From contig NC_043015.1 of NCBI RefSeq assembly GCF_006345805.1, positions 52,638,001 to 52,702,000 on the forward strand: a stretch of DNA of 64,000 bases. Reading direction: 5' to 3'. The notes beneath the pieces were generated by a model, which was not told where the DNA came from, searched no databases, and saw nothing but the letters and a program-made list of their open reading frames with translations. Shown in pieces: positions 28,001 through 41,594 of the stretch (the stretch's first letter is position 1; each line of letters begins with the position of its first letter). The position numbers were made by a program, and so were the translations under genes. This stretch comes from Octopus sinensis. Lineage: Eukaryota.

Positions 28001-28670
28001 AGTACCTAAGAAGAAGGAACACTGAACATCTATGTAGCATCTTAGAGTTACGTGATATCTGTTTGGTAAATCCTTTGAAACATAGGTTGTATGAAACTAC
28101 CTATTCATTTGCTGAGCTTGTCCCTCTGCCATGTGTGTGTGTGTGTGTGTGTGTGTGGTTGTCTAAATATTTGAGAGGAGTTGTATATGTGTGTGTGTGT
28201 GACAGGCTGTAATTGTTTTTCTTGGTGTGTGTACATTTTGTGTTTGTGAGAACATGTCTATGTATACTTGTATTCGTATCTCCTCCCTCTCTCACTACTC
28301 ATCCAACATCTGCCACAAAGTCATCTCCCTTGGGCTCAAACATACTCCACTGAGTGGAGAGGGTATTTCTTTTTCATGTAAGGTACCTCAAGAGCTTACC
28401 AGTGCCTGTACCATGAAAATAAGCACCCAGAAATTATTGTAAAGCAGTTGGCATTAGGAAGGGCTCCAGTCACCAGAGACACCATACCGAAGCATACATT
28501 GGTGCCCTTCAACTGAGCAGAACCTGTCAGACTGTCCAACTCATGCCAGCATGGAAAACAGATAATTACATGTTTCTATAATGTGATGTGTGTATGGAGA
28601 GGTATGTGTGCATGTGTGAGTATATATATATATATATATATATATGTCATACACATTATGTATAATGTGT

Positions 28671-28885
28671 AAGGCAGCAAGCTGGCAGAAACGTTAGCAC
28701 ACCAGGTGAAATGCATAGCAGTATTTCGTCTGTCTTTATGTTCTGAGTTCAAATTTCGCCTAGGTCGACTTAGCCTTCATCCTTTCAGAGTTGATAGATT
28801 AAGTACCAGTTGCGTACTGGGGTCGATCTAATCAACTGGCCCTCTCCCCTAAAATTCCCGGCTTTGTGCAAAGAGTAGAAAAGAA
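28671..28885 (+). mobile_element. SINE family B copy
   Basis: aaggcagcaagctggcagaaacgttagc...gagttcaaat...aagtaccagttgcgtactggggtcgat. Confidence 0.85.
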
Positions 28886-30244
28886 TTATGTATAATGTGT
28901 GTGTTGCACATGCCAATATGTTTGTTAGATAAAGTATGTTGCTATATGGAAACATGGCTGCACTTTTCCATTAATGTTTGTATGTGTACATGTGTGTGTA
29001 TAAGGTGCTGGGGGTGAGTGGAGCTATGAATAAGGGTCACGATGATCACCCTGTCATATGACATGTCTGGAACGACAATGGTTGACCCGTAATTCTTTTC
29101 TTCTTAAGAGTTCCCAGTGTGAACATTTTGTCTTTTAAGCAGACATAAATACTGCATCCAAGATTACATTATCTAATATGGACTTCCTTATTGAAGATGG
29201 TAAAAGATGATCCTAGAGACTTTGACTGATATTTCTAGCAAGCTGAAAGACTACTTACAGTCACCTGCAATGGATGAGGGAGGCATGGTATCAAGTACAG
29301 TGTGTGAGTGTGTGAGTGCACATGTATGTACACGTGTGAGAAGTTGATCATATGCGTCTGTATGTAGAAATGAATTTATGTGTGAATGTGTGTGAAGAAA
29401 TTAGAAAGGGTGAAAGCTAGAGAACATGTGAGAGAGAGAGAGAGAGGACGGTTTGGGGATTGGTTGGTATGCTGGGAAGTAAATCGTCCTGGACCTTATC
29501 TTAACAGCAGCATCAATTTACCAAAGTGCCAACACTAAGAACTGTCTTGGGTTGCAATAACAAACCTCCACCACCACCACCACCATCGCTGCTGTAATGA
29601 TCACAACAACAACAACAGCATTAACAAACACATATTTCCTAGGGGTTTTTTTTTTCCCTTTCCAAGTCGGACAGAGCTAAATGGATGAAAGGAAAGCTAA
29701 GCTGGAGCTATCTAATAGCAAATTTCGCTCTAAACATTGCTAAATTTGGGTAGCGGAAAGAAATCTCCCTTCACACAGTTCAACATACACACAGACTCTC
29801 TCTGTCTCTTTTTCCTCCTCTTTCTCTCGCTTTTTCTCTACCCTTCACACCTGACACACATTCTTCTTAATCGTCAATTGAGGCACAAACACACACACAC
29901 ACACACAGCTGTAACCATTCATGTACACCTCTTACCCTCTCATGCTTCAACCCTCCACACACGTCTCAAAATCATTCCTCTCTGCAATCACAGAACACAC
30001 ACACACATTTATATATATATACATATTCACAGATGTAATCATTCATGTACATGGATTCTATTTCTTTACACACACACAGAAACATACTCATTCAACATGT
30101 ACACAAATACATACACCATACACACACACACACACACACACACACATTCTTTCATACACATATACACATTTAAGTCATTTATTTTACTCAAAATATGCTC
30201 CTTCCAACCTCGTTACACACCAAATTTTCACACATACACATACC

Positions 30245-30447
30245 TATTTCTTTACTACTCACAAGGGGCTAAACACAGAGGAGACAAACAAGGACAGACA
30301 GATGGATTAAGTCGATTTTATCGACCCCAGTGCGTAACTGGTACTAATTTAATCGACCCTGAAAGGATGAAAGGCAAAGTCGACCCCGGCGGAATTTGAA
30401 CTCAGAACGTTAAGACAGACGAAATACAGCTACGCATTTCGCCCGAC
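30245..30447 (-). mobile_element. SINE family B copy (5'-truncated, CpG-intact)
   Basis: Reverse complement of the 52205-52440 copy. Confidence 0.85.
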
Positions 30448-31387
30448 AACACACACACACCCACACACCCACATCCATCCCATCCTTCCAGTCAATGAGA
30501 GGAGCTTTTCTGTGCTGACACAATTAACTAGAAATAGCAGCCTAATCTAAAAGCTTTAAAGAGAAAAAAAAAAGAACAGGAAGTGTACATTACGATATAG
30601 TTGATGTTACACCATTAGCGAAACAAACACAATGCAGGATGGTCGTGATTGGAACGCCATTAATTGTGGGTCTACTCAAGACTAACCTGAGGCCAAACCA
30701 CAGCAACATCAAAAACAAAGAAACATACTGAAATCGCCATTCTTGTTTTTGTTAACACAGATATTTCTTTATGGAACCACTGTCCAGTTTGACCCCTGTC
30801 CAAACTCAAACCAGTTCTGTAATATCACAAGACGGTCCAAATATCCACAGTGATTCCACCCAAGTGATTTATGACAACCACCACAGGTCTTAGAATGCTC
30901 TCATCCAAGTGTGTCACCACAAATGCAGTGGAATTGTCATTACCTGGATGATAGTGTTGACCCTTCTCCCTCCATGAAACACACACACAAAAGAGATGTA
31001 TGGAGTAGTCATGTATCTCTACAGCATGAGGCTTGTTCCTGTTCCTAGACCATATTATAACTTCAGGATGCCTGGCATAAAAACCACATCTGCTCAATAC
31101 CACTCCACTTCTATTATCTCTACAGATTTTCCATACAAATTATAGCTTATGCTGATTTTGTCACAATGTTTCATGTATGAGACGGCGTCTCAGATGTGAA
31201 ACACTGTGATAAAACCAGCACTGGCTGTAATTTCTACGGAAAATCAGTAGACATGACCTTACCATGTGATTTAAGAGCACTGCTAACAGAGTAGTACATG
31301 GGATTGACTTATGAAATAAATCTTTTAATGTACTTTGTAGCACATTAAGGTCGCATAACGAAATGCTGTGTCCCCAAAAGTCATTAA

Positions 31388-31613
31388 CCCTTTTGATACC
31401 AACCCGGCCAAAACCGCCTCTGGCTCTGTAGTACAAATGGCTTACTTTCATAAGTATTGAATTAAATAAAATCTTCCACCAAACCTTAGTCACAACTTAC
31501 ATTCCCAACACTAGTTTAATGAAAACTAAGTTCCTTTACTAAATTCTTTGTTATATTTAAAATTAATTGAAAGAAATACAGAGCATCTCAAAATAAATAC
31601 AGTAACGAAAGGG
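31388..31613. mobile_element. piggyBac-type MITE with TTAA TSD (family 1)
   Basis: TTAA|CCCTTTTGATAC ... GTAACGAAAGGG|TTAA. A second copy lies at 46631-46852. Confidence 0.9.
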
Positions 31614-31949
31614 TTAATACTCCACCTCTCAGTTGAGGGGTTTTTGTCTTGCGGGTTTCTTGATGACTTCATTAGGGCCGATGGGACAATAAATGCACCC
31701 AGTACAAACTTGAAATCTATTGTTACCAAATTCCTTTTAAAATACACGCTACTGTTATTTAGATACATTTATGAAATTCATTAGAAAGGAAAAGAATTTA
31801 TTAGAGTTATACCAATGCTGGCGTTGGGCAGCAACATAGCAGAATTGTTTGCATGTCAGGCAAAATGCTCAACTGGCATTTCATCTTGTCTTCATATTCT
31901 GAGTTCAAATTCTCCCGAGGTCCACTTTACTTCTTATCATTTCAGGGGT

Positions 31950-32065
31950 CCAGTCCCACTGTGTGGCATCGTGGGCAAGTGTCTTCTACTATAGTCTCAG
32001 GCCGATCAGAGCCTTGTGAATGGATTTGGTAGATGGAAACAAAAAAGCCCGTTGTGTATATCTAT

Positions 32066-32139
<74 letters not shown>

Positions 32140-32335
32140 TGTGTGTGTGTTCATCCCACAACCATTGCTTGACAATCGATGTTGGTATGTTTACATCTTA
32201 ATAACTTAGTAGTTTGGTAAAAGACACCAATAGAATAAGTACTAGGCTTACAAAGAATAAGTCCTGGGGTCAGTTTGCTTGACTAAAGGTGGTGCTCTGG
32301 CATGGCCACAGTCAAAATGACTAAAACAAATAAAA

Positions 32336-32392
<57 letters not shown>

Positions 32393-33241
32393 GTATGTAT
32401 ATATATCTATATATGTATATATATCTATATATATATATATATATGTATGTATATATATCTTTGGCTTTGTAAGGTCAACAGATATTAATTGAGCATGAAA
32501 TCAATAATTACTTAATCAATTTAATTAAACACAAGGTCAGCAGCATTTTCTATGAAGTATCTTAACAACACTGAATGTGGTTGCAAAAAAAAAAGCAAAA
32601 AAAACAACAAACTAAAAACCCATTAGCATTTTATATCCAATATCAAGTGATACAGTAAATAACTTCTTCGCTAATTTCAGGCCATCCAATCTACCTTTTA
32701 CTGAATTACAGATTAAGTGGCTGAGTATACATGCACTCAGAATGAGAAAGCTCTAGATGTATATAGATATAGGCATGGTTGCTTCCCAACCACATGGTTC
32801 CAGGTTCAGTCCTGCTGCATGGCACCTTGGGCAAGTGTCTTCTACAATAACCAAAAGTTGATTAAAGCCTTGTGAGTGGATTAAGTAGACGGAAACAGAA
32901 AGAAGCCCACCATATATGTATGTGTGTGTTTTCGTCTGTGTTTGTATCCACCCCACCAACCACTGCTTGACAACTGGAGTTGGTTTGTTTACATCCCTGA
33001 AACTTAGCCTACTGGTCTCTTTTGCTGAACCACTAAGTACCAGGTTTAAAAAAAGGAAGTATTGGGGTCAATTCATTTGACTAACAGATTCTTCAAGTCA
33101 GTGCCCCAGCAAGGCCGCAGTCTAATGACTGAAACCAGTAGAAAATAAATGGTATATACAATTATCTATGTGTGTACATATGTGTTGTCTAGAGCTTAGG
33201 GTGTTTGGTTTACAATCAGAAGGTCTTGGGTTCAATTCCTG

Positions 33242-33284
<43 letters not shown>

Positions 33285-33851
33285 TTGTTCTCTTTCTCTT
33301 TTTAATTTAGAATAAATTTTGACTGACCACTTGCTTAGTAGAACAGTTAAGGAAAGAATCTTGCTTTATTCATCCTCATAAATCTTAATGTTTAGCAGAT
33401 TTTTTATAGTCCCAGACATCATGATCATTTGTCAATTATGAATTAAAGATATGGCGCAGGAGTGGCTGTGTGATAAGAAGCTTGCTTACCAACCACATGG
33501 TTCTGGGTTCAGTCCCACTGTGTGATACCTTGGGCAAGTGTCTTCTACTATAGCCTCAGGCTGACAAAGCCTTGTGAGTGAATTTACTAGATGGAAACTG
33601 AAAGAAGCCCGTTGTATATATGTATGTATGTGTGTGTATATGTTTGTGTATCTGTTTTTGTCCCACCAACATCGCTTGACAACCAATGCTGGTGTGTATA
33701 CATTCCCGTAACTTAGTGATTCGGTAAAAGAGACCAATAGAATAAGTACTAGGCTTACAAAGAATAAGTCCTGAGGTTGCTTTGCTCGACTAAAGGCAGT
33801 GCTCCAGCATGGCCGCAGTCAAGTGACTGAAACAAGTAAAACAGTAAAGAG
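31950..33851 (+). mobile_element. Three plus-oriented SINE family A copies (about 31950-32340, 32775-33150, 33453-33851)
   Basis: Same head, core and tail as 18015-18400. Confidence 0.88.
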
Positions 33852-34479
33852 TATGCATGTATATGGGTCTAATTGTGTGTATTTGGAATTAGTAGAATTG
33901 CGTACTCATTGAATTATAAGCATTAAAAGACTAAAACATACATCCCACAGTCACTTGTATCCTTAGCATAACATAATAACAGGCAGGGTTATAATTTGAG
34001 GCAGGTTTAGCTGCCATTTCTAGCTAGCTGAACAACAACCATGTAGAAAGTCCCTCCTTGTAACATGTACAGAATAACTTTCCTTCATTTGTTTTTGTTT
34101 TTCTGTTTTTAAGGTTATGATTCAGAAAGTTTTTCTCTAGTGAAAACTGACTGACTTTACTTCTGGGTAATGTAAAACGATCTTGGAGAAAGAAAATCTC
34201 GCAATTAGAATCACCCCCAAAACACACAAAAATTAGATTTCTGGTTCAGGTTTTTTATTGTGTGTTTTTAGTTTGGTTTACGTCTTGTTTTCTTTCTCTT
34301 TTTTTGCCCTTCATTTACTCATTTCTGTATTTATTTCGGGTCTTTTTTCTTTGCTCCTCAGAATAGGTAAGAGATACAGATATAATTACAAAGTGCCACA
34401 AGAATGTACGTGTGCGTGTGTGTGCTTGTATATGTGAATGCATGCATGTATTTGTGTGTGTGTGTGTTTGTGTTTGTAA

Positions 34480-34494
34480 GTGTGTGTGTGTGTG

Positions 34495-34529
<35 letters not shown>

Positions 34530-34589
34530 TTTGTGTGTGTGTGTATATATATATATATGTCTGTGTGTGTGTGTATATATATATATGTC

Positions 34590-34622
<33 letters not shown>

Positions 34623-34625
34623 GTC

Positions 34626-34662
<37 letters not shown>

Positions 34663-34727
34663 GTCTGTGTGTGTGTGTGTATATATATATACATGTCTGT
34701 GTGTGTGTATATATATATATATGTCTT

Positions 34728-34767
<40 letters not shown>

Positions 34768-34830
34768 AGTCTATGTGTTTGTGTGTGTATATATATATGT
34801 GTTTGTGTGTGTTTGTATATATGTGTGAGT
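34480..34830. repeat. Compound (TG)n(TA)nTGTC microsatellite array
   Basis: tatatatatgtctgtgtgtgtg units. Confidence 0.95.
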
Positions 34831-35724
34831 GTAGCCCAAGAAACTAAAATCTCGACACTAACAAGGCTTTCACCCTCTCGTCTTTTCTCTCTCCTTTCAT
34901 TTACATCTTCATACATCCTGCATCTTACATGCGTTTTTTTTTATGTGTTTGGTAATAACATAACTAAGTCCTGTGCCTCATTGTACAACTGACACTAAGG
35001 CATCTTGCAACCATCATCATCATCATCATTACCACCACCACAATCCCACGCCCATCACCATCATACCACAACCACTACCCGCATTCTAAAAGTCTGTTTA
35101 TATACAGACTAGCAAAGATATGATGGCTTTACTTAACACAGAACAGCACATCCCTGCTCGGTTACAATGGGATTCTGCTTGTCATGGCATGTGTTCGAAT
35201 GTTACGCAGACAACAACCTCAACTGTGGCACGAAATTTTAAAGAAGTACTGGGAAACTTCAACACTGACCCCAATGCTGGACTGGTCCTTATTCTATCGA
35301 CCCTGAAAAGACGAATGGCAAAGTCGACCTCAGTGAAACTTGAACACAGAATGCCACTTAGCATTTTGTCCAGCGTCCTAACACTTCTGCCAGTTTGCAC
35401 CTTACAGCTGATAATCATCATCATCATCATTATCATCATCATGATTTAACGTCCATTGTCCATGCTGGCATGGGTTGGACAGTTTGACTGGAGCTGGCAA
35501 GTTGGAAAGCTGCACCAAGATCCAGTCTGATTTAGCATGGTTCCCTATGGCTGGATGCCCTTCCTAACGCCAACCACTCAAAGAGTGTAATAGGTGCTTT
35601 CATGTGCCACTGGCATGAGTGCCATTCACGTGACAACGTTGTCTGCCAGGACTGCGATTTTGCTCAGCTTGATGGGTCTTTTCTCAAGCACAACATAATA
35701 CCAGAGGTCTTGGTCATTGCCACT

Positions 35725-35920
35725 GTGGGGCCCAACACTGGAAAGGAGATCAGCCACTTTGCCTCAATGAGGCCCAACACTCGAAAGGAACTCAGTCACC
35801 TCACCTCTGTGAAGCCCAATACTTGAAAGGAACTCAGTCAGTTTGCCTCCATGAGACCCAACACTCGAGAGGAACTCAGCCATTTTGGTTCCGTCAGGCC
35901 TAATTCTCAAAAGGTACTAA
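35725..35920. repeat. 42-bp minisatellite, about 5 diverged units, attached to a family D repeat
   Basis: ccc/cct anchors at 35731, 35773, 35815, 35857 and 35899. Consensus is roughly gtgaggcccaacactcgaaaggaactcagccactttgcctcc. Confidence 0.9.
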
Positions 35921-37625
35921 TAATAATAGCTTCAAATTTTGGCACAGGGAGTTAAGTCAGTTACACTGACCCAAGTATTAAACTAGTCCTTAAATTTATT
36001 GACCTCAAAAGGATCAAAGGCAAAGTTGACCTTGGTAGTATTTGAGTTCAGAACATAAGGAGTTGAAAGAAATACCACTAAGAATTTTGTCCGATACGCC
36101 AACAACATTTACCAACAGGCTGCCTTAGGCATCATTCATATAATGAAACCAGCTTTGAGCGTTATGCTTTTAAACAGTCTCAACCAACTAAGGAACAATA
36201 TCAAAGTCACTGTTAACATCATTAACAGTCAAGAAACAAATTCAAGGTTTGGTGCTTTAAATGACCTCAACTGTGGAACAAAATCTTCAGTCATAGAATT
36301 TTGAATCAAGCAACCAAGAACATACAATCCCGTAACAAATGTTTTAGGTTTTGGTGGGGCAGGAAGTCCTTAAATGATGAAATAATGCAAGAAACCCAGC
36401 CAGGAGGGATTGATAATATGGAGTATAAATAGCAATTAGATTTAGTAACTTCTGGGTGCGTGGTTTTTGGTTCAATTCCACTGTGTGGCACCTTGGGCAC
36501 ATGTCTCCTACTATGGCTCCTGAGCTGACCAAAGCTTTCGAAGTGGATTTGATAGGCAGGAACTGAAGATAGGGCATCAGAGAAGGTGTAAGTGGAAGAG
36601 ATAGAGAGAGAATATTCGTGGTAGATATAGGGAGAGAGTATTAGTGGAAGAGAGAGGGTGACACAGATAGAAAGAAAGCAAAGAGTGGAAAGAGAAAAGT
36701 GTCAACAAGAGAGAGGATGAGGAAGAGACAGATGCATATTCAAAAGAAGAAACAGTCATTATGAGAGAGAGAGAGGAGGGTAGAAGTAGTAGAGAGAGGG
36801 AGAGAGACAGATTCAGAGAAATATGAAAACAAGAGGGAGATGGGGAAGAAAAGTTGAGATAAAGGAAGAGAGAGAGAGAGAGAGAGAGAGAAAGGAGTAT
36901 GTATAAAGCCCAATAATCATTATCTGTGAAAAGAAATCATCACCATCATCATCATCATCATTGCTATTAATATAATTGTTGTTGTTATTGTTGCAGCAGT
37001 GCCATTGTCAATGTAATTGCACCAGCACCACCCACCACCACGACCACCACCATCAATATTATTATTATCAACTTGTTTTTATACTTGTTTGTGTTGGTTA
37101 TAGTGTTTTTCATTATTGTTATCATCATCATCATCATCATCTTCGTAATTGTTCTTGCTGTGTCTGATTCCACCCCCACCACAACCCCTGCTCCACACAG
37201 TCCAACACAAACTGCAGCCACCACCACCACCATTCCTCCCTGCTACGGTGAACACTGTAGAATAGCAGGAAATTTTCCAAGTGAATTACTCGGCAGAGTG
37301 CCACTTGGAAAACACACGCACGCATACACACACACACACACACATTACTGTGGAATACAAAACAGTCAATAACCCTCACCATCATCATCACCACCACCAC
37401 TACTAATGCTAACTAATACCAACAACAACACCCCCCACCCCATCCCAACCAAGACCACTACCATCAACCCAGCATCAAAACCAAATCCACCGACACCACC
37501 ATAGTCGTGGGGGTGGGGGGTGGATTGTACAATTCAGATGTAAGAAAGAGAAAACAGACAAATCATATCTATGTGTGTGTATACATGTGTGTGTGTGTTT
37601 GCATGTACATACATATATATATATA

Positions 37626-37772
37626 GGTGCGGGGATGGCTGTGTGGTAAGTACCTTGCTTCCCAACCACATGGTTCAGGGTTCAGTCCCAATGTGTGGCA
37701 CCTACTATAGCCTTGAGCTGATCAAAGCCTTGTGAGTGGATTTGGTAGTAGGAAGCTGAAAGAAGCCCATTG

Positions 37773-37804
<32 letters not shown>

Positions 37805-38023
37805 GTGTGTGTGTGTGTGTGTATTTGTGTGTCTGTGTCTTTCCCACCACCTTTGCTTGAAAATCTATGTTGGTGTGTTTACATCCCCGCAACTTAGTGG
37901 TTCAGTAAACAAGATCAATAGAATAAGTACTAGGCTTACAAAGAATAAGTCCTGGGGCCGATTTATTCGACTCAGGGCAGTGCTCCAGCATGGCTGCAGT
38001 CAAATGATTGAAACAAGTAAAAG
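37626..38023 (+). mobile_element. SINE family A, near full length
   Basis: ggtgcggggatggctgtgtggtaag...gattgaaacaagtaaaag. Confidence 0.88.
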
Positions 38024-40414
38024 AACAGATACATACACACACACACACACACACACACACCTTCATCATCATCATCATCATCATTTGATGTCCTCCATTT
38101 TCCATACAGGCACAAGCTGAATGGTTTGATAGGAGCTGGCAAACCAGGGGTCTAGAAACACACATGTAGATGTGTGTGTATGTACATACTCATACACACA
38201 GGGATAGATAGGAATACATACAATGATATGTACACACTAAGTCACGACAGGTTCTATCAACCAAGTGCACTTGCGAGGCTTTCATTGGTCCAGCACTATA
38301 GCAGAAGCCACCTGCCCAAGGTGCCATGTAGAGGGACTCAACCTAAAAGCGGGGCTGCCTTAGCAGTTTTATGGCCACCACCTCCTCGGAAAAATCAATG
38401 CATTGAGCCTTATAGTATATTTTATTGACAGCAAGCTATGATATAAGTAGATCAGAAGTGTGGCCCTAGCCCCGTGAGGCTCCTGAAGCAACTGACCAGT
38501 GTATTCATGCCTTAAGATGGCCCTGCATGAAACCAATTGGCTGAAAAACAGGCCAATGAACTCTCTGATCCTTACAGACTCTGCTTTTTTAACAAACAAG
38601 AAGAAATCAGTTCCCATCACAACAAAGTCAACATGTGCTCAGTAAAATTTATTCCAGAATATTCTCAAGAGACTCAGCTTCCATATACCTCCTAGTCATT
38701 CTTCAACAAACCAACAACACAACCTCATTACTATCACTGCCAAAATAAAACAAACAAAAAATATATTTAACTTGTTTACATTTAAACCAATCATATTTCG
38801 CCCCAAAATTCAACCAGCTTTATGTTAAAACCTGCCAGATCCAGCCTGTCGCACCTACTCTACAATGTCATTCTAAAAATAGACTAACACACCATTGAAA
38901 TCCTGAAGCTTTGAGATGAAGCAGGATTAATTCAAAACAATGTGAAGAGATACAGCCCAATGGTTATGTGTTGCATTCTTGAGCATCAGATCATGGGTTT
39001 TCATATTGTTTTGCTCTGGCATTGTGTGGAGACTGGCATTTCAATGAACACACCTAATATTTCTTGTGTATCGGAAAAGGTGACTGAATGAGATTGAGCT
39101 AGGATTTGCACTCCGACCTCGTAAAACCTTAACCAGCATTGACTACCCAAAACGACCCATGAGTTGGAGGGCTGTCGCCTGATTGGTGCAAGGGCATCAT
39201 GCACCAGGAGTGGGAGGGAAACACCAACAAATGGTGGGTGCAGTGACATGCTGTTACAGCACGTTCCCCTCATGCAGCAATTTTTATTACTAACGTGAAG
39301 AAATAAAGCATTATAATTGACAGAGCAATCTGAATGCTGTAGGGTTAAACAAAGTAGCCAACCAGAAAATGTGGGGGTGATAGGAAGAGGAGCAATGGTA
39401 CCACAGGGAAATAAATGGTGGTGGTGGTGGTGGTGATAGTGAGATAGTGATGCTGATGGTGGGGGGTAAAGAAAATATTTACAAATATGATATCAAGTAC
39501 AAGGAGAAAAAAAAAAATAATTACAGACATGATGAAGAAATTAATGCTACAAATAGCAGAGACCAGACAGTAAAAACATTCCAGAATCTCAAAAATTAAT
39601 GAAAAAAAAAAAAAAAATGATTGAGCTTGAGAGATGAAGAAAACAGAGAGTGAGAAGAGAGGTGAAACAATCTGAGAGAGAGGTTACCAGAGAGGGAGAA
39701 TGAGAAGATAAGAGTAATAGAATTGGAATGGGAATAATAGAATAGGACTACAATATAGTATAAGAATACTGAACAAGAATACAATATGTACATAGAATAT
39801 TAGAATACGATTGTAAACAAAGAATAAGAACATGGATAATAGAAGATCAGAATAATAGAATACAGAATATAATACAGAATCAGAATAGAATGCAGAATTA
39901 GAATAAAAGAATAAGAATATCCTGAACATCAACCAAATCTAACATGGAAGTAAAAACCTTGAATAAACATCTCTCGCTCTATGTAATTTGGAACCCAGAC
40001 AGTCCTGAATTATTAATTTATTTAAAGGATTTACAGTGAGTCTTGTGTTCTTATTTAACATTTGAATGGCGGGGTAGGTTTGAAATGTTAAGCACAGCTT
40101 TCTATAACTACACACATTGAAACTGAGTGGAGTATATAAGATATCATTCGAGCTGTAAAAATAGCAGCTAAATACCCACTCAAGTTACACTACCATTAAA
40201 CTCTATCATCCAACCTGGAAGACAGAGTTTGGTCCCATAAATGTATACAAAATGGGCTGTTAGACATTTCATAAAGGTAAGTAAAAAAGGATGAATGTCT
40301 AAGTGAACCTTGGTTACATAACAATTCTGTGATCCACTGCTCTCCAAGAAATAATGATTCCAAACTAAGCCACAAGGCCCATGCATTTTGTGAGAATTAA
40401 ACAAAGGGTAAAGA

Positions 40415-40744
40415 GCCCCTTCGGTCATGAAGGGCCATCGGATTCCACTTAGAAAGTTCCTCTCCAAGGAACAAGTCCAGGCAAGGTTGTTTATGGAAGG
40501 CCAGTAGTCACCCATACATACCAGCCTCCTCTCTCCATGCCACCGATGTTGTCCAAGGGAAAGGCAGAGGGGATGATATGGTTTGACACCAGTGATGTCG
40601 CAACTCATTTCTACAGTTGAATGAACTCGAACAACATGAAATAAAGTGTCTAAGAAACACAACACACAGCCTGGGCTGGGAATCAAACTCACTACATCAT
40701 GATTGTGAGCCTGTTGCTCTAACTACTGAGCCATGTGCCTTCAC
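40415..40744 (-). mobile_element. SINE family C, full length
   Basis: ccccttcggtcatgaa...gggaatcaaactc...ctctaactactgagccatgtgccttcac, with box B/A-like head in reverse complement. Confidence 0.85.
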
Positions 40745-41405
40745 TGAGAATAAAGTACAGCTGATGTAATCAACCCCAATATGTGACTGGTACTTGTTTA
40801 GCCCTTTCATTACTGTGTTTCCATAGAAACACAACACAAGTGTTTTAATTAAATTTGGATTTTGTAAAACAACTTGGATATTATTAAGATGATGTTTGAA
40901 ACAGAAAATTTTCATAAAAGGTTTTAATTTAGCTCATATCTGTCCCAAATATTCTACCTGTTTTATGTTTAAACTGACCAGATTTGGCCTCTCACACTTA
41001 CCCTACAATGTCATTTCAAAATCAATAATCACATCAATGAAGTATCAAAGCTGCAAGCCAATGCAGGATTAATTTAAAACAAGCATTATGTCTGACAAGG
41101 GTCTCTGAATGCTAGAATTACAGCAGCAAGTTTGTCTTATAGAAACAGGGGTTGGTGTTAGTCAGGTTGATATCATATGGGTTAAATATACCATAATCTC
41201 TGCAGTTTCTGGGTGTTTTCTTTTGTTTTTTTTCGAAGGGTTTTGTGTGTGTGTGTGTATGTGAATTTGAATGTATATACCTTTTTCAGGAGGTGCATTT
41301 TTTTAAACCAACATTTCATTTAACATGTAAAAATGGTACACAAGAAAAACATAATCAAAGAAAAGGAAGGTTACAGAAATGAAATAATGAAATAGCAGGA
41401 CTTAC

Positions 41406-41594
41406 TTTTATCGAATCAAAGCAAGCTGTCACGCGTCCATTTTGTACTTCTACGTGAGAGGGCGGATGAGCAAATTTGCATTCTGTTTCAGAGCGTGTAC
41501 ATTTGTTTCTTTGGAACTCGCGGCAAACTTCCAGTGTCAGCCATCGCGAGTCTTTGACGTTAGCAAGATTAAGCATAGGGTTAACCATGGCCAT
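41406..41594 (-). CDS. mbl: Muscleblind/MBNL RNA-binding splicing regulator, first coding exon (63 aa; partial gene)
   Basis: Translates [63 protein letters not shown]. It has the [14 protein letters not shown] signature, CX7CX6CX3H finger 1 and the first Cys of finger 2. It ends at a phase-0 GTAAGT donor (41405-41400), the same position after FDS(I/L)K as in human MBNL1. A second in-frame ATG lies at 41588. Confidence 0.97.

Larger units (their letters stand above)
1..41405 (-). other. Probable very large mbl intron following the first coding exon
   Basis: I saw no exon encoding the expected continuation (GRC...CKY(F/L)HPP). The equivalent intron is very long in fly and vertebrate genes. 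A short exon could have been missed by eye. Confidence 0.65.

Noticed and set aside
35725-35920. Regularly spaced repeats resembling a CRISPR array
   Set aside because: The whole 42-bp unit repeats with no unique spacers, there are no cas genes, and the context is eukaryotic.
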